Counted from the stretch's first letter, positions 9,809 to 18,802 are shown. The stretch is 64,000 bases of DNA from Vitreimonas sp. (GCF_035627415.1 NZ_DASPLU010000011.1:24877-88876); one strand, 5' to 3'. A program made the numbers and translations. Notes: generated by a model from the sequence alone, not told the origin.

Positions 9809-10866
9809 CAGCCGCGTCCGACCAGCCGCGGCAAATCTCTTGCAATCTCCACCATGAACCAATCCGGCAGCGAGTTGCCGTTTTCATCGGCGGCGAGCAC
9901 CAGTTGCGCCATTTCCACCGAAATGCGCGAGAGCTGAATGAGCGCGTCTTTGGCGCGCATCGAGAGTTCGCGAACCGGTTTGGAAAGCTTCACGCCCTCT
10001 TCGGGAAGCTCCTTGATCAGCTGCGCACGAAACGACTGGGTCAGGAAATAGAGAATGTCGCGCTCGTCCGGTTTGTCAGGCCACTTACGCTCGCCTTTCA
10101 GAATAGCGTTCAAATCGAAGGCGCGTTGTCGCTGCCGATAGAAGGCGATGAAACCGCGCGCGTGAGAGGGCGTCAGCAAGCCGCTGGCGAGGACGTCGGC
10201 GACAGCTTCGTTGCGGTTGTCCTCCGCATAGGCTTGCCAAGCCTCCGACAGGAACGCCCAGGCGCGCGGTGTGGAAAACGGCTCCTCATGCTTCGGCGGC
10301 TTGGACCAGAGCTGATCTGGACGCAGGCGAATATAGTCGATCACCAATGGATCCACGCTCGAACCCTCCGCCCAGGCAATCCAGTCGGCCGCGTCGGCGC
10401 GCAATTGCACGTGAATCAGACGATTGATCAGCGCAGACGATAAGGCGCGCACAATGGCCGCGTCCTGCGCCCGATTTCCCGCCCCGATCACAACTGAGCC
10501 CTGGGGTAAAGCGTACTCGCCGATGCGCCTGTCGTTGATCAGCGAGTAGAAGGCCTTCTGCACGTCGTGCGAGCAGGCGTTGAGTTCATCCAAGAACAGA
10601 CAATAGGCGGTTTCTCGCGCGATTTGTGCGGGTGGATGAAACCGGGTTTTGCCGCCCTCAATCTTCGGCACGCCGATGAGATCTTCCGGCGCGAGTTGCG
10701 AACCGAGCAGCGACACGCAATCGAGGCCGACCGCTTCAGCGAACTGCTGCACGATCGACGACTTGCCGATACCGGGCGGACCCCAAACGAACACCGGGCG
10801 CACCGGCGCCACGTTGAGTAGAAAGTCCATCAGCTCCCGAGGTTTTAGGGTGCGAGCCGCCTCCAC
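9808..10866 (-). CDS. AAA+ ATPase, MoxR/AAA_5-like
   Basis: 352 aa. Walker A GPPGIGKS, Walker B CLFLDELN, sensor GAGNRA. GTG start at 10866 preceded by GGAG (ataGGAGtttGTG). Translationally coupled to the VWA gene. Confidence 0.85.
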   Translation of the reverse strand: MEAARTLKPRELMDFLLNVAPVRPVFVWGPPGIGKSSIVQQFAEAVGLDCVSLLGSQLAPEDLIGVPKIEGGKTRFHPPAQIARETAYCLFLDELNACSHDVQKAFYSLINDRRIGEYALPQGSVVIGAGNRAQDAAIVRALSSALINRLIHVQLRADAADWIAWAEGSSVDPLVIDYIRLRPDQLWSKPPKHEEPFSTPRAWAFLSEAWQAYAEDNRNEAVADVLASGLLTPSHARGFIAFYRQRQRAFDLNAILKGERKWPDKPDERDILYFLTQSFRAQLIKELPEEGVKLSKPVRELSMRAKDALIQLSRISVEMAQLVLAADENGNSLPDWFMVEIARDLPRLVGRG

Positions 10867-10947
10867 GCCAAACTCCTATGCCGCAGCCTTGGAACGCTAC
10901 AAGGCGTGCCGTTGCGAGGGAAGGGCGCGGGGCGTGTTCGCGAGAGC

Positions 10948-12240
10948 CTAAGCCGGGATCTGCTCCACTTCGATCGCGCGCAGCGCGCGGGCGAGCATGC
11001 CGGCGCCGCTTTCGCCGGGCTGCAGCTCGACCGCGCTCTGCTCGAACACGAGCGGCCCGGCGCCGCCGTCGCCGGAGGCGAAGGCCGTGCACTCGGCCAC
11101 CGACGCGACGCGCTCGGCGGTGCGCTTGGCGCTTTTGAGATTTGCCGCGGGCAGGGCGATGGCGATCAGATCGCCGCCGAGCGTCACGCCGCAATCGGCG
11201 TCGCGCATCAGCCGCGCGGCGAGGCTCGCCACTTCGGTGAAGCCCTTGCGCCAGACCTCTTCCGCGGGCGCGCGCGCGCCATGCGCTGGCAGCACCCGCA
11301 GCACGGCGAGGCTGAGCGGCCTGCCGCTGGCGTGGTGATCCGCCGCCAAGCGCGCGAGGTGCGCGTCGAACGCGCCGCGCCTCCACAGGCCGGTGCGCGC
11401 ATCGCCCATCAAGTCGCGCAGCGCGCAGATGTCGTGCTCGGCGGCGCGGCGGCGGCGTTCGCGCCGCACCGCTTCGAACAGCCAGCCCAAACTCGCGCCC
11501 GTCGGCGCATTGACGGTCGCGACCGCTGAGGCGCCGCGGTCGATCGCCGCTTTCGCCGTATCGGTGTCGCCCGAGGCCACGACCACCATGGTCGGCAAAT
11601 GATAGAGCGTCGCGTTGCGGCGAAGCGCGGCGCAGAGCGAGATCGCCGTCTGTGCGTCTTGCGCCCCATTCAGGACGACGGCGTCGAACGGTTCGTCGTG
11701 CAGGTGATCGAATCCGGCGTAGGATGAGAACGCGGCGGCGACCAGCCCGTCCTGTTCCGCCAGCGCGCGCTCCAGCGCCAAAAACATCGAACTCGGCGCG
11801 CCGATATAGAGCGCTTTGAGGCGCCGCGGCTCGGGCGATTGCGGCGGCGCAACGCGAAGCGCCGATGCCGTCGCGCCGCGGCGCGTGCGCTCCTCCTCGG
11901 CAACGGCCACACGGATCCAGGCTTCCATCTGCGCGGCGAGCAGCTTGGGCGGCGCATCGAGCGAAACCGCGCCTGCGAAGATGCTGCTGGCGCCGAGCCC
12001 GCGCGGCGGCGGGGAAGCCCATCGCAAGCCAGAGAGGCACGCGAGCGGGGGCGCGCCGGACGCCATCAGCGCTTCCGCGATGGAAGCGTCCTGGCCACCT
12101 GGGATTATGGCGATGTCCTCGCCGTCAGGCGCCTGACGCGCGGGTCCCGCCAGGGCAAGCGTCTCGACGCCAGCGGCCGAGAGCTGCGCTTGCGCCTCGC
12201 GCACAATCCGGGCGTCAGAAGCTCGCACGACGATGCGCAA
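10948..12240 (-). CDS. PopA-like protein: two degenerate receiver-like domains + degenerate GGDEF domain (I-site retained)
   Basis: 430 aa; TTG start at 12240, exact start uncertain. DARTGLWRRGAF (GGDEF-domain N-terminal motif). RDAD + 5 residues + GGDLI in place of RxxD-x5-GG(D/E)EF. No acidic phospho-acceptor pocket recognisable in the REC-like parts. Confidence 0.75.
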   Translation of the reverse strand: MRIVVRASDARIVREAQAQLSAAGVETLALAGPARQAPDGEDIAIIPGGQDASIAEALMASGAPPLACLSGLRWASPPPRGLGASSIFAGAVSLDAPPKLLAAQMEAWIRVAVAEEERTRRGATASALRVAPPQSPEPRRLKALYIGAPSSMFLALERALAEQDGLVAAAFSSYAGFDHLHDEPFDAVVLNGAQDAQTAISLCAALRRNATLYHLPTMVVVASGDTDTAKAAIDRGASAVATVNAPTGASLGWLFEAVRRERRRRAAEHDICALRDLMGDARTGLWRRGAFDAHLARLAADHHASGRPLSLAVLRVLPAHGARAPAEEVWRKGFTEVASLAARLMRDADCGVTLGGDLIAIALPAANLKSAKRTAERVASVAECTAFASGDGGAGPLVFEQSAVELQPGESGAGMLARALRAIEVEQIPA

Positions 12241-12338
12241 AGGTTAACGCTCCGGCGCCCGCGACGGCGCGTAGTGAACCGTTATAAGTAACGCTTGTTA
12301 GCACTCTCTCAAACCGGGAGGGTAAACGGAGCAAGCTG

Positions 12339-13445
12339 ATGGCGCAGGGACCGCTGGCGGGTGTGAAAGTTGTCGAGTTCGCCGGCATCGGCCCCGGCCC
12401 CTATTGCTGCATGCTCTTGTCCGACATGGGCGCCGACGTCGTGCGCATCGACCGCAAGGGCGGCCGCGGCGGCGCCAAGTTCGACGTCACCGCGCGTGGC
12501 CGCCGCTCGATCGCGCTCGACATGAAAGAGCGTGCCGATGTCGAGGTCGCCTTGGCGCTGATCGAGAAAGCGGATGTGCTGATCGAAGGGTTCCGTCCCG
12601 GCGTGATGGAGCGCCTCGGCGTCGGGCCCGACGAAGCGCTGGAGCGCAACCCGCGCCTGATCTACGGACGCATGACGGGCTGGGGCCAGACCGGCCCGCT
12701 CGCGCACGCCGCCGGCCACGATCTCAACTACATCGCCCTCTCCGGCGCGCTGCACGCCATGGGCCGCAAAGGCGCCCCGCCCTCGCCGCCGCTCAATTTG
12801 GTCGGCGACTACGGAGGAGGGGCCCTTTTCCTAGCGATGGGCGTATGCGCGGCGCTGTACGAGGCGCAGCGCTCCGGCAAAGGCCAAGTCATCGACGCCG
12901 CCATCACCGATGGCGCGGCCTCGCTCATGGGCGTCATGTATGGCCTGCGCGCCGCCGGCATCTGGACCGACGAGCGCGACGCCAACCTCCTCGACGGCGG
13001 CGCGCCGTTCTACGACGTTTACGAAACCTGCGACGGCAAGTTCGTCACCATCGGCGCGCTCGAACCGCAATTCTACGCGCTGCTGCTGGAGAAGACGGGC
13101 CTCAAGGACGATCCCGACTTCGCCATGCAGATGAACAAGCCGCATTGGCCGGCGATGTCGGATAAGGTCGCGGCGGTCATCAAGACCAGGACCCGCGCGG
13201 AGTGGACCGAACTGATGGAAGGCTCGGACGTCTGCTTCGCCCCGGTGCTCGACATGGCCGAAGCGCCGAAACACCCCCACAACGCTGCCCGCGGCGCGTT
13301 CACGGAAGTGGAGGGGGTAGTGCAGCCGGCGCCGGCGCCGCGCTTTTCGCGCACGTCCGGCGCGATCCAGGGCCCACCGGCTGCGGCAGGGGCCCACTCG
13401 GCCGAAATTCTCTCGGACTGGGGCGTTACCGCCCGCCCAAGCTGA
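12339..13445 (+). CDS. Family III CoA-transferase (CaiB/BaiF), alpha-methylacyl-CoA racemase-like
   Basis: The N-terminus [39 protein letters not shown] closely matches the MCR/CaiB signature. 368 aa. Confidence 0.9.
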   Translation: MAQGPLAGVKVVEFAGIGPGPYCCMLLSDMGADVVRIDRKGGRGGAKFDVTARGRRSIALDMKERADVEVALALIEKADVLIEGFRPGVMERLGVGPDEALERNPRLIYGRMTGWGQTGPLAHAAGHDLNYIALSGALHAMGRKGAPPSPPLNLVGDYGGGALFLAMGVCAALYEAQRSGKGQVIDAAITDGAASLMGVMYGLRAAGIWTDERDANLLDGGAPFYDVYETCDGKFVTIGALEPQFYALLLEKTGLKDDPDFAMQMNKPHWPAMSDKVAAVIKTRTRAEWTELMEGSDVCFAPVLDMAEAPKHPHNAARGAFTEVEGVVQPAPAPRFSRTSGAIQGPPAAAGAHSAEILSDWGVTARPS

Positions 13446-13672
13446 TTAACCCATTCAGCGCCGGTTCAACCGCCAGGGTGTTTTATCGTCCTCGGCTCTG
13501 GGCGATTTTTCGTCCCTCGCTCGTACCGGGGCCAGGTTCTCGGCCCACCTTAGGGCCGAAGCAAAGCGCCGGCGGCCGGCTCAGCCGCCGGCGCAATGCG
13601 TTGGCGGACCTGAAACTTGCATTTCCGCCCCGGCATGTTGCACCGCAGCGCGCCCCTACGTAAACGGGGCGC

Positions 13673-14380
13673 ATGGCAAACAAAGTCTATGCGGACGCCA
13701 AGTCCGCGCTCGAGGGCCTGACTTTCGACGGCATGACGGTAATGAGCGGCGGTTTCGGCCTCTGCGGCATTCCCGAGAACCTGATCCTCGCCCTGCGCGA
13801 CAGCGGCGTTAAGGGCATCACCGTCATCTCCAACAATGCCGGCGTCGACGGCTGGGGCCTGGGGCTGCTGCTGGAAACCAAACAGATCCGGAAAATGGTC
13901 AGCTCCTACGTGGGCGAGAACAAGGAGTTCGCGCGCCAGTACCTCGCCGGCGAACTTGAACTTGAATTCAACCCCCAAGGCACGCTGGCCGAACGCTGCC
14001 GCGCCGGCGGCGCGGGGATCGCAGGCTTCTATACCAAGACCGGCGTCGGCACTTTGGTGGCCGAGGGCAAGGAGACCAAGGTCTTTAACGGCGAGACCTA
14101 CGTGCTCGAAACGGGCCTGGTGGCCGATCTCTCCATCGTCAAAGCCTGGAAAGGGGACAAGGAAGGCAACCTGATCTTCCGCAAGACCGCCCGCAATTTT
14201 AATCCGATGATGGCGACAGCCGGCAAGAAGTGCGTCGCCGAAGTGGAGATCCTGGTCGAGACCGGCGAACTCGATCCCGATCAGATCCACACGCCCGGCA
14301 TCTTCGTCGACCGGATCGTCAAGGGCGCTTTCGAGAAGCGCATCGAACAGCGCACCGTCCGTCAGCGGGAGAATGCATAA
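13673..14380 (+). CDS. scoA: 3-oxoacid (succinyl-CoA:3-ketoacid) CoA-transferase subunit A
   Basis: [38 protein letters not shown] is typical of ScoA/AtoD-type A subunits. Stop overlaps the scoB start as TAATG. Confidence 0.92.
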   Translation: MANKVYADAKSALEGLTFDGMTVMSGGFGLCGIPENLILALRDSGVKGITVISNNAGVDGWGLGLLLETKQIRKMVSSYVGENKEFARQYLAGELELEFNPQGTLAERCRAGGAGIAGFYTKTGVGTLVAEGKETKVFNGETYVLETGLVADLSIVKAWKGDKEGNLIFRKTARNFNPMMATAGKKCVAEVEILVETGELDPDQIHTPGIFVDRIVKGAFEKRIEQRTVRQRENA

Positions 14381-15027
14381 TGCCGTGGTCCCGCGATCAA
14401 CTCGCTCAACGCGCCGCCAAGGAATTACGCGACGGCTTTTACGTTAACCTAGGCATCGGCATCCCGACCTTGGTGGCGAACTACATTCCGGAGGGGATGG
14501 AGGTCACGCTGCAGTCGGAGAACGGCATGCTCGGCATGGGCCCGTTCCCGTTCGAGGGCGAAGAGGACGCCGATCTGATTAACGCCGGCAAACAGACCAT
14601 CACCGCGCTGAAGAAGACGTCGTATTTTTCCTCGGCGGACTCATTCGGCATGATCCGCGGCGGCCATATCGATCTTTCGATCCTCGGCGCGATGGAGGTC
14701 AGCGATCGCGGCGACCTCGCCAACTGGATGGTGCCCGGCAAGATGGTGAAGGGCATGGGCGGGGCGATGGACCTCGTTGCCGGCGTGAAGCGCGTCGTCG
14801 TCGTGATGGAACACACGTCGAAGGACGGCGCCTCGAAGCTGCTGACCAGATGCACGCTGCCGCTCACCGGCGTCAACGTGGTTGATCTGGTGATAACCGA
14901 TCTCGGCGTGTTCGAGATCGACAAGCATGGTCAACAACCCATGAAGCTTATCGAACTCGCCGATGGCGTCACGCTGGAAGAGATCACCGCAAAGACGCAG
15001 GCGCCGTTCACCAACGGGCTGCGCTGA
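14380..15027 (+). CDS. scoB: 3-oxoacid CoA-transferase subunit B
   Basis: Internal ATG at 14380 ([30 protein letters not shown]...). Contains the SENG catalytic-Glu motif (LQSENGMLG). Confidence 0.92.
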   Translation: MPWSRDQLAQRAAKELRDGFYVNLGIGIPTLVANYIPEGMEVTLQSENGMLGMGPFPFEGEEDADLINAGKQTITALKKTSYFSSADSFGMIRGGHIDLSILGAMEVSDRGDLANWMVPGKMVKGMGGAMDLVAGVKRVVVVMEHTSKDGASKLLTRCTLPLTGVNVVDLVITDLGVFEIDKHGQQPMKLIELADGVTLEEITAKTQAPFTNGLR

Positions 15028-15063
15028 AGTCTTCACGCACATCGACACAAGTAAACATGCGTA

Positions 15064-15097
15064 AACGCGCGAGCGATCTCACAATCGTTCGCGCGTT
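15064..15097. other. 13/14-bp inverted repeat (aacgcgcgagcgat-N6-atcgttcgcgcgtt): scoAB terminator hairpin or operator
   Basis: Read directly. Lies 37 nt after the scoB stop, is followed by catcgtttctc (weak T-tract), and is ~85 nt upstream of the OMP gene. Confidence 0.3.
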
Positions 15098-15180
15098 CAT
15101 CGTTTCTCATCACCTGCCAGGTAAGTTCTCCGGAACAATTCGTGCAGAGAGGGCGCCATGCAGTGCCCTCCAGCCTAGGT

Positions 15181-16587
15181 ATGGTGATGCTTCGTACCGG
15201 AATGAAGCGACACGTGGGGAGGCGTGCGGCCGCAATGGCCGCATGCGCGCTCGCCGCGTGTGCGCTGGTCTGGAGCGGAGACGCAAACGCGCAGAGTTCG
15301 ACCCCGAACGAATTCTCACGCGTGCTCGAACTGATTAACCAGCAAGAGCAGCGGCTCAACGCGCAGGAGCGACAGCTCCAAGACCAACAGAGAGAGATTA
15401 GCGAACAGCGTGAGCTGATCGAACGCCAGCGGCGTGAGATTCTTGCGATGGGCGGCAGTGTCAGCGAAGCGGATCTTGGCGAGATCCGCGGCGCCGGCGT
15501 CGGCGCACATGGCCTGAACTACGCGGCGCTGGCGGCGGACGAGCCGATTTCGGTCAATCGCCGCGCGCCGATCACGACGCTAACCCAAACCGAGGGCGGC
15601 AGCGCCGCTCCAACCGGCACGCCGGCTGCTCCGCCGGACCGGCCGGTGGGCGAAGCGCCGCCGGAGGAGACGCAAGTCTCGACCGTTGAGGCGCTTCCGG
15701 AAGGGCAGAACGCCCTTCTGGGCCAGGGCCGGCTCGTCATCGAGCCCTCGTTCGAATACTCGCGCAGCTCCTCGAACCGTTTCGTCTTTCGCGGCGTCGA
15801 GATCGTCACGGGCATTCAGATCGGCCTAATCGAGGCCAACGACAGCGCTCGCGACACCTTCTCCTCGTCTTTGGCGATCCGTTATGCGCTCACCGACCGG
15901 CTCGAGATCGAAGGCCGGGTGCCGTACATCCACCGCTCCGATCGCATCACCACGGTCTCGCAGAACAGCCAGACGACGACGCAGACGTTCGAGCTGCAAG
16001 GCTCGGAACTGGGCGATGTCGAACTCTCGGCGCGCTACCAGCTCAATCGCGGCCGCAACGGCGCGCCGATCTTCGTCGCTGGCGCGCGCGTCAAGTCGAA
16101 CACGGGCCTCGGCCCGTTCGAACTCGACCGCGACGCCCAGGGCGTCTCGACCGAACTCGCTACCGGTTCCGGCTTCTGGGCCGTGCAGGGCAGCCTGTCG
16201 ATGATGTACCCGAGTGACCCGGCGGTGCTGTTCGCCAACGTCAGCTACATGTACAACATCACCGAGGACGTCGATCGCACCTTCGGCACGGTGCACGTGG
16301 GCCATGTCAATCCGGGCGATTCCGTCGGCTTCGGTTTCGGCTTCGGCTTCTCGCTCAACCCGCGCTTCTCGTACTCACTGGGCTACTCGCACTCCTACGT
16401 GATGCCGACCGAGACCGAGTTGAACGGCATGATCACGGAGTCCACCGAGCTGCAAGTCGGCAGCCTGCAGCTGGGCCTCTCCTTCCGGGCCACCGAGCGT
16501 CTGACGCTCGCCACCAGCGTCGATGTCGGCGTCACCGAAGACGCCCCGGATGTCCGGCTTTCCTTCCGGACCCCATTCCGCTGGTAA
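15181..16587 (+). CDS. Putative outer-membrane beta-barrel protein with N-terminal Q/E/R coiled coil
   Basis: ORF 15142..16587; start set at MVMLRTGMKRHVGRRAAAMAACALAACALVWSGDANA (signal peptide). Coiled coil QQEQRLNAQERQLQDQQREISEQRELIERQRREI. Alternating beta-strand pattern, ending ...LSFRTPFRW (aromatic C-terminus typical of OMPs). Confidence 0.6.
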   Translation: MVMLRTGMKRHVGRRAAAMAACALAACALVWSGDANAQSSTPNEFSRVLELINQQEQRLNAQERQLQDQQREISEQRELIERQRREILAMGGSVSEADLGEIRGAGVGAHGLNYAALAADEPISVNRRAPITTLTQTEGGSAAPTGTPAAPPDRPVGEAPPEETQVSTVEALPEGQNALLGQGRLVIEPSFEYSRSSSNRFVFRGVEIVTGIQIGLIEANDSARDTFSSSLAIRYALTDRLEIEGRVPYIHRSDRITTVSQNSQTTTQTFELQGSELGDVELSARYQLNRGRNGAPIFVAGARVKSNTGLGPFELDRDAQGVSTELATGSGFWAVQGSLSMMYPSDPAVLFANVSYMYNITEDVDRTFGTVHVGHVNPGDSVGFGFGFGFSLNPRFSYSLGYSHSYVMPTETELNGMITESTELQVGSLQLGLSFRATERLTLATSVDVGVTEDAPDVRLSFRTPFRW

Positions 16588-16610
16588 GCAGAGCGGACGC
16601 AAAAACCAAA

Positions 16611-16641
16611 GGCCGGCGGCTCCCCACCGCCGGCCTTTTTC
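16611..16641 (+). terminator. Rho-independent terminator after the OMP gene
   Basis: ggccggcgg (16611-16619) / ccgccggcc (16627-16635) form a 9-bp GC stem with a 7-nt loop, followed by tttttc. Confidence 0.75.
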
Positions 16642-16697
16642 TTTGCCGCTTTGCCCGCTTGCGGAGTAGCGAGTGCGCTGATACCCGCCACCAGCCC

Positions 16698-16787
16698 GGA
16701 GGGATGGCCGAGTGGTTTAAGGCACCGGTCTTGAAAACCGGCGTGGGTGCAAGCCCACCGTGGGTTCGAATCCCACTCCCTCCGCCA
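16698..16787 (+). tRNA. tRNA-Ser (anticodon UGA)
   Basis: GGAGGGA acceptor pairs with TCCCTCC, then G-CCA. Anticodon stem CCGGT/ACCGG with loop CTTGAAA (anticodon TGA). Long variable arm GTGGGTGCAAGCCCAC. T-arm GTGGG-TTCGAAT-CCCAC. Confidence 0.95.
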
Positions 16788-16853
16788 CGTGCGCCGGAAC
16801 AAGCCCCGGTTCGGCCCCGTTAGCTCCGAAGGTTCACTTCGGGAAAGACGCAC

Positions 16854-17537
16854 ATGGCAAAGAAAGCAAAAGCGGCGAGCGGACGCAGCTCGGCGAAGAA
16901 GACGCGCGCGAAGTCGGTGAAGAAGGCGAGCGCAAGCAAGGGCAGAACGAAGGCGACGGCGAAGCGCCGCGCAAACGGCCGGCGCGCCAATGGCGCGGAC
17001 CGCGCGCCGAGCCGCGGCCGCGACCCGGCGGCGATCGCCCTGCTGAAGCAGGATCATCGCACGGTCGAAGCGCTGTTCGAGGAATTCGAGGAGGCGACAT
17101 CGCCGACCGACAAGCGCAACATCGCCCGCGAGATCTGTCTCGAACTCACCATCCACACCATGATCGAGGAGGAGCTCTTCTATCCGGCCGTGAAGGACGC
17201 GATCGACGAGGAGACCTACGGCGAAGCGCTGGTCGAGCACGACGGCGCCAAGGTGCTGATCGCCGAAATCATGGACGCCAATCCGCGCGACGAGTTCTAC
17301 GACGCGCGCGTCAAGGTGCTTTCGGAAATGATCAAGCACCACGTGAAGGAGGAGGAGCAGCCCGGCGGCATGTTCGCGCAGGCGCGCCGTGGCGATATCG
17401 ATTTCGATGACCTCGGGGAGCGTCTCGAACAGCGTAAAGACGATCTCAAGCGCACGCTGAAGCGCAGCGGCATCCCCGCGCCGGAGACGCGGACGCTGCA
17501 CGGCGCTGAACTCCGCTATGGCGATCCGGTCGGCTGA
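16854..17537 (+). CDS. Hemerythrin (HHE cation-binding) domain protein with Lys/Ala/Arg-rich N-terminal tail
   Basis: LLKQDHRTVEALFEEFE...HTMIEEELFYPAV...HDGAKVLIAEI...IKHHVKEEE fit hemerythrin His/Glu ligand helices. The first ~55 aa are AKKAKAASGRSSAKKTRAKSVKKASASKGRTKATAKRR. Confidence 0.8.
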   Translation: MAKKAKAASGRSSAKKTRAKSVKKASASKGRTKATAKRRANGRRANGADRAPSRGRDPAAIALLKQDHRTVEALFEEFEEATSPTDKRNIAREICLELTIHTMIEEELFYPAVKDAIDEETYGEALVEHDGAKVLIAEIMDANPRDEFYDARVKVLSEMIKHHVKEEEQPGGMFAQARRGDIDFDDLGERLEQRKDDLKRTLKRSGIPAPETRTLHGAELRYGDPVG

Positions 17538-17613
17538 CCTCACGCGCAACTGTAGTTAAACTGCAAAAAGGATAAACGCTTACGCGGTCTAAACGGGCGG
17601 CGGGGTAACAGGG

Positions 17614-18726
17614 ATGGAACACATCTCTCGGGGTCCGCCGCCTATGGCCTTTCCACTCAACCGCGTCGCCCTCGTCTGCGCCGCCGCATTCTGCGTCGCA
17701 GGGGCCGCCGCGGCGCAGGCGCCGATCGAGTATGCGGGTCAGCGGGCGCCCGTCCCGCTGCAGGCGGCTTCGGTTGGCAACACGCTGAGCGGCGGCGATG
17801 AAAACTCCTACGGCTACGGCGCGGGCGCCCGCACCGAAGGCGCTGCGATCGACATTCGGCGCGGCAGCGTCCGCAGCGCGCCGGCTCACGTCGAAACCGC
17901 GCCCGCCTCGACCGAACACCCGCAGTGGCTGGAACGGGAGCGGGTAGGGCCGCCCTATGAGGCCAACGGCCGCTGGTACGTGCCGACGCCTGAGCCGGGC
18001 TACGAGCAGACGGGTACGGCTTCTTGGTACGGCCCGACCTTCCACGGCCAGGCCACCGCGAGCGGCGAGATCTTCGATCAGGAGGCGCTGACCGCCGCCC
18101 ACCCGACGCTGCCGATCCCGAGCCTCGTCCAGGTCACCAATCTTGAGAACGGCCGCGAAGTCATCGTCCGCGTCAATGACCGCGGGCCGTTTGTCGGCGA
18201 GCGCCTCATCGACCTTTCGCGCCGCAGTGCGGAAGTGCTCGGCTTCGAGCAGCAGGGCCAAGCCCGCGTTCACGTCCGATATCTCGGCCCCGCGCCGCGC
18301 CGTGTGGCCGCCGAGGGATCGCCCGCCGCACACACCGCTCCGCCCCCTGCCCAGCCGACCGCCCTCCGCGCAGGGGAGGGGCCAGTCTCCCTGCTCCCAC
18401 GACCTGTGGAAGAGGAGCCGCGTGCCGCCGCCCTCGCCGGCGCCCCGCTCGGCCAGCCGCAATCCGCTCCGCCGCGTTACTCACAGCCCGCCGGCGACGG
18501 CTTCTACGTCCAGGTCGGCGCCTACGCCGATCTCACCAACGCGCACCGTGTCCGCGACGAAGTCAGCGCCGCCGGTCCGGTCAGCGTCGACATGCGCCAG
18601 ACCGCCGCTGGCGGTGAATTGTTCCGCGTGCGGCTGGGGCCGTGGGCGTCTAGAGAACAGGCCGACGCCGCGCGCCGCCAGCTCTCGTCCCTCGGCTACG
18701 GTGAAAGCATTGTGGCGGCACGGTGA
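17614..18726 (+). CDS. rlpA: Septal-ring lytic transglycosylase RlpA family protein (DPBB + SPOR domains)
   Basis: GTASWYGPTFHGQATASGEIFD...TAAHPTLPIPSLVQVTNLENGREVIVRVNDRGPF (DPBB). C-terminal SPOR-like FYVQVGAYADLTNAHRVRDEV...FRVRLGPWASREQADAA. An alternative start at 17644 (MAFPLNRVALV...) gives a cleaner signal peptide. Confidence 0.88.
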   Translation: MEHISRGPPPMAFPLNRVALVCAAAFCVAGAAAAQAPIEYAGQRAPVPLQAASVGNTLSGGDENSYGYGAGARTEGAAIDIRRGSVRSAPAHVETAPASTEHPQWLERERVGPPYEANGRWYVPTPEPGYEQTGTASWYGPTFHGQATASGEIFDQEALTAAHPTLPIPSLVQVTNLENGREVIVRVNDRGPFVGERLIDLSRRSAEVLGFEQQGQARVHVRYLGPAPRRVAAEGSPAAHTAPPPAQPTALRAGEGPVSLLPRPVEEEPRAAALAGAPLGQPQSAPPRYSQPAGDGFYVQVGAYADLTNAHRVRDEVSAAGPVSVDMRQTAAGGELFRVRLGPWASREQADAARRQLSSLGYGESIVAAR

Positions 18727-18802
18727 TTGGCGGTTTGTTGACGTAAAGCCGCCGTCTCGGTTTGCTTGAAAGCAAGCTCGCGACAATCGATTCGGTGGAG
18801 AC

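Noticed and set aside
10736-12040. 434-aa alternative-frame ORF overlapping the PopA-like gene and the AAA+ gene start
   Set aside because: It is on the same strand but in a different frame from the GGDEF-like ORF. It is extremely Arg-rich (RRRRR runs) with no domain signature. The GGDEF-frame ORF explains the region.
13602-13621. Sigma-54-like promoter TGGCGG...TTGCA upstream of scoA
   Set aside because: The GG-to-GC spacing is 16 nt (13 from the alternative GG) instead of the required 12, so it does not fit the -24/-12 geometry.
16395-17549. 384-aa minus-strand ORF
   Set aside because: It runs through the tRNA-Ser gene and is antisense to the hemerythrin gene, so it is a shadow ORF.
16788-18800. 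Possible genomic island integrated at tRNA-Ser
   Set aside because: I saw no integrase, no direct repeat of the tRNA 3' end, and no compositional shift downstream. The following genes (hemerythrin, rlpA, DD-carboxypeptidase, tmk, holB) are core functions.
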